Part shown: in pieces, positions 1-12,730 of the stretch
How positions within the stretch are numbered: position 1 is the stretch's first letter
Layout: each line of letters starts with the position of its first letter
Assembly (NCBI GenBank): GCA_030704615.1
Contig: CM060732.1
Span: forward strand, 21,266,001 to 21,330,000
Length of the DNA stretch: 64,000 nucleotides
DNA from: Takakia lepidozioides
Taxonomy: Eukaryota > Plantae > Bryophyta
Reading direction: 5' to 3'
Translations under genes and position numbers: made by a program
The notes under the pieces: generated by a model
Database searches by the model: none
What the model was told of the DNA's origin: nothing
Seen by the model: only the letters and a program-made list of their open reading frames with translations

Positions 1-288
1 TCCAGAGGATGGTCTGGATGGCCTTTCGTGGCGTGTGCCGAATCCATGGCAAGAAAACATTGCAGGCAAACCCATGGCAATGGTACCAGCACGGGTTGGT
101 CCAAAGCCAATTGCAACAACAAATGAATAAAGGGTGCTGAAAGGAAAGCACTCCATAATTGATCATAAAATCCAGTGTCCAAGCATGATATCTTAATGGG
201 AATGCGAAGGGAGTGTTACCACCTTAAACTATCATGCATGGTCTATAACTGGAGTGCACAAATCGCGCATATCTAATCTTCATCATCC

Positions 289-3200
289 TCATCTATGTCT
301 GGGCTCACTACATGTATCACTGTCTTCATCACAGACTTCATCTTCTCCAAGGGTTGGCTGAACATCATCACCACGTATACGGGGTGCTCGGAGGTACAAG
401 GAGGCCACCTGCTCTGGAGTAACCGGTACCGCTCGGCTGCATGTTGGGCCATCAGTAACCACAGTCTCCTCTAGTCTTTGTGGGGCTAACAATCCTTCCA
501 CTTCCGCCACATCATCATTATCAATTGATATGTCGCAGACCACTCTACGTGCTCGGGGGCTCTTCTCCAGGACGACTTTCCACCCCGGCTCCTTCACACA
601 ATCAGAAAAAAAACACTTGATCAACCTGGCCAGGAAACACAAAAGGTTGCTCAGAAGGTGGAAGCATACGGTTAAAATTGACAAGTGTGAAGCCAGCATC
701 ATCCTGCTTCATTGACATAGGTTGACGACCCACGCGACTCGCCCGTACCCACGAACACAAAAACACTATAGGTTGTGTTTGGCCATAGTCAATTTGCAAA
801 ATCTCCCTTATAAGACCCACATATCTTGTAGGTTCCTCCATGTCATTGCCTGAATTGTTGGTAATGGGCTGGTGCTGGAAAACAGATGAGACTCCACAAT
901 CAAAAGACACCATACTTGTTGTGTTCATGCCGGGGGATGTAACCCTGTAATGGTTACCATACGCTGTCATACTCTTGAATGACAGGGCAGTAAATGATGG
1001 AGGCCTTGAAAGATCCAGTAATTCCTCACGTGTTGTAGGATCAAGCCCATCTGATTGAATTGAGAGATGATCCCGTACACCTTGAGGGAGCCAAACAGCA
1101 AATGGAGGACAAGGATGCAAATCAGGAGGGTACTGAATTGCCGTGGGATTGCTCATGCCTTCCAGCCCTTGCTCCTCACGAAACAAGCGTCGTCTGGCTT
1201 CTATCCGTGTGGACTCTGCTTCATATATCCTGTCACAATCCGAGGGTCAGCCAGGAGATTGACAGAGGTGGCGTGGGAGATTTGAAAAGACGCCATATGC
1301 CAACTAATGATAAATGACTAAAACTTGGAAATCTGAATGTCAATGAAGTAGATTTCTTACCCCAACATGACTGATAGACGAGGATGGTTCTGAATGATGT
1401 ACTCATGTACAATATCACACAGGTCATTCAATTTTCGGGCTTTAGAACTTCCTTCCACAACTTCACGTTCCACAGATTCTGCCTCATCTGCATCCCACAC
1501 CCTTCGTACACTTCCATCAAATCCTGCCATATACTCTGTGCAAAAACCCAATGCTTCTTCAAATTGGTATCCTTTGCCATGCTCCCCTCGGGCCTTGCCA
1601 TGTTTCTTACGTAGCCCTTCATATCTTTCATTGCCCGCTCCATGGGGTACATCCAACGAGATGCTACGGGCCCGCATAAGTACAACTCATCCACTAGGTG
1701 AACAACCAGATGTGTCATCACATCAAAAAATGATGGTGGGAACTCCTTCTCTATAAGACACAGAGTGAGAACTGCTTCAGTTCTCAATTCCTCATACTCT
1801 ACAGGATTCACCACTTTTGCACACAACTTCTTAAATACACGACATACTCGCAAAATGGCCCTTCGAGGACCACTTGGCATGAGCCCACGGATAGCAAGCG
1901 GTATAATTTGCTGCATGAGCACATGATAGTCATGTGATTTCATGCCAGACAACTTCTTCTTCACCACATGCTTTTTGAAAGCTGATGCGTAGCCTGTTGG
2001 CACTTTCAAGTTCTGCACAATCTCCAGAAAGACTTGTAACTCAGCCTCAGTGAGGACATAAGGGGCAGGAGGCATAATTAACGTATCTGCTCTGTCAGGA
2101 TCACGTTGTAGCCACAATTCCGGGCGCATCCCAAGTAGCTCCAAATCACGGCGAACTTTCAATGTGTCTTTCTCACCAAAGATAGTTTTAATAATATTTT
2201 CAGCCAAGTTCTTCTCGCAATGCATTGCGTCAAACGTGTGGCGGATGAGGAGACCCTACAAAATGAACACATAAGCAATTGAGCATTTACTCATCACAAT
2301 TTAAACAGAAAACGCAAAAATGTACACAGCCAATTTAAAGGCCATGAAGGAATTACCTCCCAATAAGGTAAGACATATAAAATTGACAATCGCTTAACTC
2401 CATGAGTTTTTGCTGGGTCTGTCCTGCTATCTGGCGTCCCTCCGTTTTCCACCCATGCAGTGCGAGCTGTTGCAAGGTCCTTGATTTGTGTTCCAGTCTG
2501 CGTTTTTGGAGGAGTTCCATGCTCAGTAGCGCCATTGAACATTCTTGACCTTCTATATGGATGATTGCGGGCCAAAAATCTTCGGTGGCCTAGGAAAACA
2601 ATTTTTTCACATGTGTGTAACTGCTGTGAAGTCACCCCGGGTCCACAAGCTGGACAACCAGCATAACCTTTCGTCACTTGACCTGAGAGCAAGCCATATG
2701 CAGGGTAGTCATGGATTGACCACATCAACACTGCCCTCAGTGTGAATTCGCGTTGACCACGAGGACGGGAAACATCATGAGCTGCAATCCCTCTCCATAG
2801 TTCCAATAGCTCTTCCACTAGGGGCATCAGGTAAACATCTACGTTGTCCGAGGTAACAGACTCCTTACCAGGAATCAGTAGCGCTAACATGACAAAGAAT
2901 TTTTTGGTCATTAACCACGGAGGCAGATTGTAATTGACCAAGAGAACGGGCCATGTGCTCCAACTTGTGGATTGAGCTCCGTAGGGATTTACACCGTCTA
3001 AGGCCAATCCAAATCGCAGAGATCGTGGCTCTGCAGCAAAATCCGCAAATGTGGTGTCAATGTGTCTCCATGCTTTGCTATCAGCTGGATGTCGAACCAA
3101 CCCATCCTGGCTCTTATGTCTGTCGTGCCATGTCATGAGGTTAGCGATCGATTTACATGGTACATACGTTTCAACCTTGGAATGACAGGGAAGTGTCGCA

Positions 3201-4422
3201 ATACTTTCTTGGGCACACTTCCACGACCTGGAATGTAACGGGAACTGCGGCACACTGGGCAAATGTCTACATTCTCATACTCCCCACGGAAGAGTACACA
3301 ACCACGCTCACAGGCATGAATCATGTGTACTGCAATCCCATCTTGGCAATCATGGTTTTTGCTTCATAGTGAGTTTTCGGCAATGAATTCTCTTTAGGCA
3401 AAAAACTCTTACGCAACAATCCCAGAAGCTCATCCACAAATGCATTGGTGCACTTGTGGGTAGTGCATGCGTTCAGCAACGTCAAAGTTGCTTGCAGCCG
3501 GCTGATGGAGCACCCTTCAAAAAGTGGACATTGCGACGCTCGGAAGAGTTTATCATACTCGGGATCAACGTGCAGGTGAGCATTCTCATCAAATTCATTG
3601 TCTCCGAATCGTCGAGATCATCGTCATGATCGGCAAATGTGTGATCGGTTCCACCATGAATGGGGTCCTCTCTGTTTGCATCTGCAAAGATAAACGCTTC
3701 CTGCAATGCACGCTGCATTTCTACCTCCAATCCACCACTCTCATCTGCGTTCTCTGTGACATTGGGCTCCCGCTGTGCCGCAGGGCCTTCGTCTTCATCA
3801 TCTGAATATTCACATCCCTGCATCCCAATAGTCATCTTGTGAGTGGACCAACAACGATGTGACACTTGTTCATATTATGACATAGGAGGCACGGTGACGT
3901 TGCAGTGATGCAGTCATATTTACGTATATCTTATGAATATACACCCAATCAAAACACGACATTTGTAACCATTGAAGTCATAGTTGCAGTCACTTACTTA
4001 GTCATATATGACTACATGACTACACATGACCAATGAAAACACGACATGTGCATTAATTAAAGTGATAACGGAAGTGGCGTAGTCATACTCACGTCTGTAT
4101 CTTATGACTTCTTGACTACAATCACCCAACGAAATGTCGACATGTGGAGAAGAGGATCGTTGCATTCAAAATTCAAACTAAAGTGCTGAAGGGAAAGTGA
4201 CGATCTTACCGGAAGAGAACAGCGTTGGAGAAGAGGATCCCTCCCGTGTATCATGTAATGATTCCTCACTGTTTCCAACAAGAGTACTTTTCCTCCATGA
4301 CACTCATCGCAGTTGCATAACATTTTTGTATGCCCATTCCTTGTGGCATAAGCTTCTTCCATTCGCCATAGACGGTCATCTATTCTACGCCTACGCATCC
4401 GTTCGCCACCTGCACTGTACAT
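289..4422 (-). pseudogene. CACTA TnpD-like transposase (transposase-associated N-domain, Transposase_21, DUF4218/DUF4216-like), intron-containing and frameshifted
   Basis: Motifs MLCNCDECHGG; IHACERGCVLF..CPVC; RHPADSKAW; GLALDGVNPYG; DYPAYGLLSG..GYAGCPAC; DAMHCEKN; KSHDYHVLMQ; FPPSFFDVMTHL; WMYPMER; EQPFVFPGQVDQVFF. These are spread over several frames. Confidence 0.93.
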
Positions 4423-7382
4423 GCTTTGAACGTCACCCCTTCCCTCTTTGCATGCTACGCACAGTGCATTGTCTCTAGTTTTGCACCAGCTGCCAATGTG
4501 CTATTTCTATATCTATAATATACTATAAGTATCGTTTCTGAGTGTCCATGGTGAAGCGGAAGGTCTTCGAAGTGACAGTCCCTCTCACTGAGTACGAGAA
4601 GTTCCGAGAACGCCGGATTGCTGCCATAAAGGAGGTGGAAGCAACGTTCAAGCAGTCGATAGATGGGTGAGTTTAGTTCCTGACTTTGGATACCCACCCA
4701 CTAAACTTGCGATTTGCCTTATCCTCTAACCTTCCTACAGCGATCATAAGCTTCATAGCACAAATGGGGGCGAGTAGCTGCGACTTGTACAAACAGAGAG
4801 GCAAACAACATGCAGTGAGTGACGATTAGGTTTGAGGACGGTGTGTCATTAGGCGGGAGATGTCCGCCGTCATTCGTGGGCAGGCATTACGTCCTGGTAG
4901 GGTGCGGCTGTGGTTCAGCGTAGGCTTAAGAGTATTAGGGTATGTATGCTTACATTTGTTTGTGATTGTTTGAGAGGGAGGTCATGGAGGTGTTTGTGCA
5001 GGCTTGCGGGAGCGAATCGCCCTCGCAAGCCACGCGCTCCGAAGGAAAAAGGTAGGGATCAAGGTCCTGCAAGGCAAAATGCCAGACTGAAGACGATGAA
5101 GACTACGATTCTGCATGAGGGCTCTTCTGAGGACGATGAGGACGATCCACTCCTCCCACGCTAGTGCGAGGCGAGTGCATCGTCGGCGGATGCCACGGCA
5201 AGCCGAGGAGAACATGCCCATGCTCATGTCGCAGGACAAAAACGCCCATCATCTACACTACGAACACCTTCTCCGTCTGTGAGTTATAGTTCTTCACACT
5301 GACCATGATTCTAATTATGTATGTTTTTGGTAAAATCACGAAGAGATAGGGTATGTCTGTCAAGACAGGGAAGTTGGACAATGCAAGGGTCAGCCAAGGC
5401 ACAATCACAAATGATTTCCACTAGACAAGTTGAAGTGCCAAAGGCATGATGTCAGGCCAATGTAGACTTCAGGTGTGTTCAAATTCTTTGCCCCATGAAA
5501 CCAACGTCCTAGTACTAAGCTACAATGGCTACTTATAGAGATACTTGGGTTACTTATGCACCCAGAATATCAGTAAAACTTGGAGGGATACTTCTCATGG
5601 ACCCATCAGGTTTGTCCATTTGAATTCTTGCTATGGATTTCATGAACACCCCATACCTAAGAGGGCTCAAAAATGTACTGGGAGGACATCATTGGGGCCA
5701 ATCAAATTTGGGAGATTTACTGCCCAAGATCATACTGAGTTTTGGGTAATCTTGTCATTACAAATGATATGTGCTTCCAGTTTGTTTTGCCTGAATTCAA
5801 GGATTTGTTGTTTGCTGCCTATATGTATGTGTAATCACCCACATTGTACTGGGGGAATTTCTTTTCAGGGCAAGCACAAGCGCACTGGATCCACGATCCC
5901 TGCTGCTAGCAATGGGGATTGCGCCCATAAGAACGCAGGAGGTGGCCCTAACTCTCCCAACGTTGTGGGTTCTGTGCCACCAGTACCCCCCACCTTATTA
6001 TGGTATGCCTAAGTACCCACAGTCTGGCACTCAGTATGGTCAGGGTCAATATGGTGCTCCTCCATATGGGCAGTATGGGTAGTATCCTCCTCCACCATAT
6101 TTGCCACCCCCTAATAGCTATGGGGGTGGCAGGCCACCGGAATATCCTCCTGCTTATGGACAGTATGGCCAGTATGGTCCTCAGCCTTCTGGCCAACAAC
6201 CATGGCCACCAGTCCCTACTTGGCAGGATCCTGCTTTGAATTCTCCTGAGCGCACGGAGGTCTCTGAAGGAGGGGAGGGTGCCGTTTCAAAGAATGATAG
6301 AACCAATGCTTTAAGGAGGGCTAATAGCTCAGCCAAAATTGAAGCTGCCAAGGTCAAGGAAGAGAGAATAGCTGCAGGTCTTCCTCCCACGGTGATTTTG
6401 ACGAACCTCAAAGGAGCCCCGTATGGTCATACCCGGAATGTATGGCACGCTGCCCTTAAAGGACAGGCTTATCGCAAGCTAGATTGTTCCCTTGTCATCA
6501 ACAACCAACCTGATGAAGTTGTATATGAAATCAGAGATCACCTGGCTAAGCTATTTTCATATACGTCGCACGAGTTAAAAGACTTCCACCTAAAACAAAC
6601 AATTGGCAGAATAATGAAGAACCAGCGTTATGAAGCACACACTGCGTGGTTGGGTGGTAAGGGGAAACCCATTACTGTATCTGACGAAGTTTGGAACAAG
6701 CTTGTAAGTTACTGGCAGACAGAGGTGTTCCACAAAGTGTCGGGCAACATGAAGAAGGCAAATGGTGCAATTCTGAATCCTACCAAGACTGGCCGTGGTG
6801 GGAAGGCAATAGTGGAAGCACGCTTGGTAAGTGGGCATCATCACGACTCTGTATTTTGTTCCTCATTGAATTGCTATGTGTATATAGTCAGCCCTCACAT
6901 TGCTTACTGACTTATGGCATGGGTTTGTTTGTGGCATGGATTAATTTGTAGGAAACACTATCAGGGTGCCCTCCTACATTATATGAAATTCAAGAGGGTT
7001 CAGTGTCACGGTTGTCAGCTGGGAGTGACAGGCGGGTAAGTGTGTTTTCCACGTTTGCTAGAGTGGTTGCTGCATCATAGGTTGCTAGGGTTTTTTTCAC
7101 GGCTTTTGGCCTGGGTTTTCTTTCCAATGGTTGTTCATGCTAGGTTTTTTTGGTTTGATTCATACTTGGGCAAGTTTTCATGGATTGGCAGGAGGGAAGT
7201 CTCGCATATTCTACAGTAGTTGGCAGGATGGATGGCTTGGACAAACTGGTGGAATCACAAGGACGTGACATGGCAGAATTAAATTACAGATGCAGAGTAT
7301 GATTGAGTACCAGAAAGCCATTGTGACCAGATTGGGGATTAATCTACCAGGCGCAGGACCAGTGACATCTACGATGGATACG

Positions 7383-8106
7383 TGTCGCGGCCCTTTGCCT
7401 TGAGGGCAGGGGGTCGGGACACAAGAGGGGCTGCCCCTGTGGTGGGGGCAGTAGCAGCGATAGGTATGGGGGCTGAAGCACCCTTGAGTGCCCAAGGCAC
7501 TCAAGGAGGCGGAGGCGCTCACTAGGTGGAGCCCCGCACACCGGGTTGCGGTGGGGGTGGCTCCACAAGGGGTGGTGGTAGCTTAGCGGGACTTAGTGGG
7601 GGTGGCATAGGACTCACCATGGGGTGGAGACCTCGAGGTGGGAGTCGTGGGGAGTCTTGGGACTCATCACGGTCCATTGGGGCCGCGGTGAGTGGGCCAA
7701 GACTCACCGCGACTCACCACCGGGAATCGAGGGTCTTCGTGGTGGTTCGCCATAAAATGGCATGGCTGGTTGTGAAACCCCCGCGGACAGCTACAGAAGT
7801 ATATATAGGGAGTAGTAACCCCGAGAACGGTGCAAGCCTGTTGGTGACCAAAAACTAGTGAGTAAGCGAGCGAGCCGGAAAGCGACCAAAGAGTGGGAGC
7901 TGTTCCGGACTGCCAACTACCAAAGGGAATTCCCGCTGGTTCCAAATAGGTGGAGGGTTCTTTGGGAGAACAAAGGGGGACCGTTATGCCCGGTGAGCAG
8001 CCGAAGCTCCAAGTTGGCCCGGCGGCCAGGTTGGGAGTCAGGCGCGCGCATCAAAGCGAGTAACTATGACTTGAGGGGGGAGCTTACCGAAGTGAGGTAC
8101 GCGACA
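7383..8106 (+). repeat. 5' LTR of gypsy element
   Basis: Near-identical direct repeat of 13632-14357 with TG...CA ends. PBS TGGTATCAGAGC follows at 8109-8120. Confidence 0.96.
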
Positions 8107-8235
8107 CTTGGTATCAGAGCTTAGAGTTCAGTACGCGATCGTCCTTGGGATTGGCCTCATCAGGGGTCGGGCAAGCTGAAGCGAAAGCGGAATGGCCCAA
8201 AAGATGATGATCCCGGTGAGCCCGATGGGGGCGAC

Positions 8236-11200
8236 GTGTCACCGAGGCGGCCGTTTGAGGAAGCGATGCATGTTTCCGAAAACGAGGCCGCTCAAGAGCG
8301 GGAGGAATCCGAGGAGTCGGAGCCCGAGGAATCCTTGAGAGCTCCGACAAACCAAGAGATGCCTCCCATGCCGGCAGCCTTTTGGGAAGGGTTGTTGGTG
8401 CAGTTTGGCGGGACGTTGAGAGACGTGTTGAAGGCGGCTAATGCCACTTCCACTAAGGCAAAGTTTAAGGTGAAGCCTAAGGAACTCGGCACCTTCGAGG
8501 GCGTCCGAAATCGGAAGGCACTCAACACCTGGCTCCTGGAGCTAGAGCAGTACTTCTGGGCGGCCAAGTTGAGTGACGAGGATCGGGTGGAAGTGGCTCC
8601 CACCTATTTGAGGGGCTATGCTCAACAATGGTGGTAGAAACGCCTTCACGACCGAGGTCCAAGCCCGGAAACCTTGAACTGGAGTGGGTTCAAGGAATTG
8701 ATGAAGAGACAGTTTGTGCCCCTCAACGCGTCCTGGCTTGCCCGGGACAAGATGAGGAATTTGAAGCAAACAGATGACATTCGGGGGTATGTCCAGGCTT
8801 TCAATGTGCTGTTGCTCAAAGTCGCGGACATGGCAGAACCAGAAATGGTCTTCAACTTTGTGGCGGGACTGGCCCCATGGGCCAGGCGGAAGTTGGAGGA
8901 GAAGCCACCCAAGACTTTGAACGAGGCAATTGAGAGGGCTGAATGTTTCTCGGATGTCCATAGGGGTGAGAGACAAGGCCGTACGGAGCTGAACCACAAG
9001 AAGACCCGGCGGGAAGGTGACTCCTTCCGACCGGAAAAGAAGTGGGATAGGCCACGCGACAACAATGGCACGTGGAAATCGAAGGGAGGGCCTTCACACG
9101 TCAAGGCGGCACCCGGTGCTTCGAAAGGAAAAGCGGGTGGAGCGGCTTATGGCGGACAGAAGGCGACCTTTGATGGAGTGTGTTTCAATTGCGGGGAGCC
9201 CGGGCACATGGCCAAGAAGTGCACGAAGCCCCGGCAATTGAATATGACTCGGGCGACCACGGAGCTGTCGGAAGATACCATCAGTCGCTTGGTGGAAGCG
9301 GTGGTCGCCAGGACTTGCACGGTAGGCAAATTTTCTTGTGAGTTGTATCAGGAAACTGGCGCCTTACGAAAAGGGAGTCAGTTATTGTTCGTGGATGGGA
9401 TAATATCCGGAACTAATGTGTCGTTGTTGGTGGACACAGGAGCGTCGCACTCCTTCATGACACCGGCAACGGCACAAAAGCTGGGACTCCCGACAAGTGA
9501 CGTGGGGGCCTCTATTGAGGTGCGTTCTACCAAATGAGAACCACAGTTGGCGACAAGGTTGGCGTTTGATGTTCCTCTTCAACTGGGGAGTTGGGAGGGA
9601 CGTGAGAACTTCACCATCTGCGAGATCGATGGAGTAGATCTCATTTTGGGATGACCTTTTTGAGCAAATCCGGAGCGGTCATAGATGGCCGCAAGATAGT
9701 AGTCACGCTGCCATGTGGGAATGGTGGCGAGGTCTTACGAGTTTCGGAAACGCCCAAATCCATGGGAGGGCGAATAAACCTTCTGTCAGCAAGGGAGTGG
9801 GCCGTGGAGGAGGCACACGAACCCCAGTTTTTGCTTTACATTAGAGAAGTGAAGGGAGAAGGCGATGGGGAGCCGAGCCCAGATTGGATCAAGGGGATTT
9901 TGGAGAAATACCAGGATGTGATGCCGGAGGATTTACCAAGCGGCTTGCCACCGCGAAGAGGAGTTGACCACAAGATTGAGGTGATACCGGGAATGGAACC
10001 GCCTGCCAAGGCACCCTACCGGTTGAGCCACAGGGAGTTGGTCGAGCTGAAGGCTCAGCTCAAGGATCTAATGTCAAAGGGGTACATCCGGCCGAGTAAG
10101 TCACCTTACGGAGCCCCGGTGCTATTCGCATACAAGAAGGATGGGACGCTGCGGATGTGTGTCGATTACAGGGCTTTGAATAAGGTGACTATAAAAAATC
10201 GGTACCCTTTGCCAAGGATTGACGACCTCTTCGATCGGTTGGCAGGAGTGAAGTATTTCAGCCGGATCGACTTGCGCTCCGGCTATCATCAAATTCGGGT
10301 GGCGGAAAGAGATGAGGAGAAGAAGGACAAGGTATGGATGAGACCGCAACGCAGGACAATGGTTCATATGAGTTCTTGTGATGCTTTTGGGCCACCAATG
10401 CACCAGCGACATTTAGCACGCTGATGAACAGCCTTTTCAGGAGTGGTTGGATGACTTTGTGATCGTGTACATCGATGACATCTTGGTGTACTCGAAAACA
10501 AAGGAGGAGCACCTGGAGCACCTCAAAAGGCTGTTCCAAAAATTGCGAGAAGGGAAGCTGTATGCCAAAGCTTCAAAATGCGAATTCGGGGTCACGAAAG
10601 TGGAGTTCTTGGGGCATGTGATTACACAGGATGGGATCAAAATGGATGACAGAAAGGTGAGGGCGATCTTGGACTGGGAGCCTCCGACTTCGGTCCCGAG
10701 AGTGCGATTCTTCCTAGGACTCGCCTCCTATTACCGGAAGTATGTGAGAATTTTGCCAAGATCGCGGGGCCGCTGTCGGACCTTCTGTGTAAATCCAAAG
10801 TCTGGGTATGGAATACATTTTGTGGCCAAGCTTTTGCTGAATTGAAGCAGCGGATGGCGGAAGCTCTAGTCTTGAAAATCCCGGAGTTCGATCGTCCATT
10901 TGAGATTCATACAGATGCGTCGGACTTCGCGATTGGGGGTGTACTTATGCAAGATGGACGTCCAGTGGCTTACGAAAGTAAGAAACTGAATGAAGTGGAG
11001 CGACGGTGGCCGACGCACGAAAAAGAGATGAAGGCGGTGGTGCATTGCCTTGAGCTTTGGCGCCACTATGTTGGTTCCAACCCAGTGAAGGTGTTCACGG
11101 ACAATGTCACAGTGAAGTATTTTGCCACGCAGCCCAAGTTGTCCCCAAAACAACTTAGGTGGCAAGATACTTTGGCGGTGTTCGACGTGGATATCCAGTA

Positions 11201-12730
11201 CAAACCGGGACGGGACAATGTGGTGGCCGATGCTTTAAGTAGAAAGCAGCAGCTCCTGTTGGTGTACAGGGGCGAGACGGCGCTCCAAAGGAAGATCCGG
11301 AAGGCTTGTCGGAAGGATGAGCTGGCAAAGTCCGTGATGCAGGACTTGAGGATGGGGTTAAATCGCAGTTCCACTTGCAAAATGGACTGCTCCGGTATAA
11401 GCAAAAGCGTCTCTACGTGCCGAAGGGAGGGATCAGAGATAGCCTCTTGAAAGAATGCCATGATAGCCCGCTTGCGGGCCACGGCGGAGCCAAGCGCACT
11501 GCGGCACTCTTGAAGAAAGAGTATTTCTGGCCCAAACTGAGGGAGGAGGCAGAGGAGTATGTCAAGACATGCACCACATGCCAACAAAACCGGAGCGAGT
11601 ACAAAAAGCAAGCGGGGCTGTTACAACCCTTGCCGATTCCAGAAGGGACTTGGGAAAGCGTCTCGATGGATTTCATGACTGCTATGCCGCTGTCAAAAGG
11701 ATTCGATGCAATCATGGTGGTGGTGGATAGGTTCAGTAAAATGGGCCATTTCATCCCCACCAAGGAGACGGCAACGGCGCAGGAGACAGGGCGACTTTAC
11801 TTCGCCCACGTCTTAAAGCATCATGGAGTCCCGAAGGATATTGTCTCGGATCGCGATCCAAAGTTTACGAGTAAATTCTGGAGAGCACTTTGGAAGAAGA
11901 TAGGGACGAGGCTGAAGATGAGCACCGCCTTCCGACCTACACCGAGGCCAAACAGAAAGAGTGAATTCCGTAGTAAAGCAGATCTTGCGGAATTACGTGT
12001 CGGCATACCAAACAGACTGGGTGGAACACTTAGACGCGGCAGAGTTCTGTTACAATAACACAGAACACTCCGCAACGGGAGTTTCCCCTTTCGTATTGGT
12101 CTATGGAAAAGCACCTCTGGTGCCGACAAGTTGGGCCGCCCAAGACGTTGAGGAACCGGCAGTAGCGGTGGTACTGGAAGAACGCGAGCGTTTGTTGAAG
12201 CTCGCAAAGTACAACATTGCCAAAGCTAGGAAACGGTATGAAAGGCAGGCGAATCGGAAGCGGAGGGAAGTGAAGTTTGAGGCAGGCACAGAGGTCTGGT
12301 TGAACATCAAGAATTTCCGACTACCTCCGGAAGTGAGTCCGAAGTTCGTACCTCCGTATGCGGGACCCTTTCGCATTTGGAAGGTTATGAATGAGGATGT
12401 GTATGAATTGGAGCTGCTGGCAAACAGCAAGGTGCACCCAGTATTCCATGTCTCCCTTTTGAAGCCTTACTTCAAAGATGAAGCGGTCCGAATTGGCATC
12501 AAGTGTTGCGTCCGCCACCTATGCTGTTGGATCATGAAAATGAACCTGAGTACGAGGTGGAGGCAATACTTAAGTCGAGGAGGTTCAAGAACCAAGAAAC
12601 TGAGTATCTCGTCAAATGGAAGGGCTATCATCATGTGGAGGCATCTTGGGTGCGCACCTCAGAAATGGGAAACGCATCCGAGGCGGTTGCAGCTTTCGAA
12701 GGGCGACCTCAAAAGCGGAAGAAGCGTTGA
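8236..12730 (+). pseudogene. Gypsy gag-pol polyprotein with C-terminal chromodomain; contains stops and frameshifts
   Basis: Zn knuckle CFNCGEPGHMAKKC; protease LVDTGASHSF; [12 protein letters not shown] and VYIDDILVYS; RNase H HTDASDFAIGG; integrase H-H-C-C, SMDF, SDRDPKF, PPYAGPF; chromodomain EYEVEAIL..YLVKWKGY..ASW at 12503-12730. Confidence 0.95.

Noticed and set aside
7383-8106. Hammerhead ribozyme (retrozyme) in LTRs
   Set aside because: No CTGA.GA...GAAA core with flanking helices was found by eye.
7211-8124. Multiple ORFs in the gypsy LTRs, repeated at 13470-14372
   Set aside because: Chance frames in GC-rich LTR sequence; homopolymer indels between the two LTRs change them.
8635-8637. 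TAG in gag as programmed read-through
   Set aside because: It is mid-gag, and the element has several other stops and frameshifts. C-to-T decay or assembly error is more likely.
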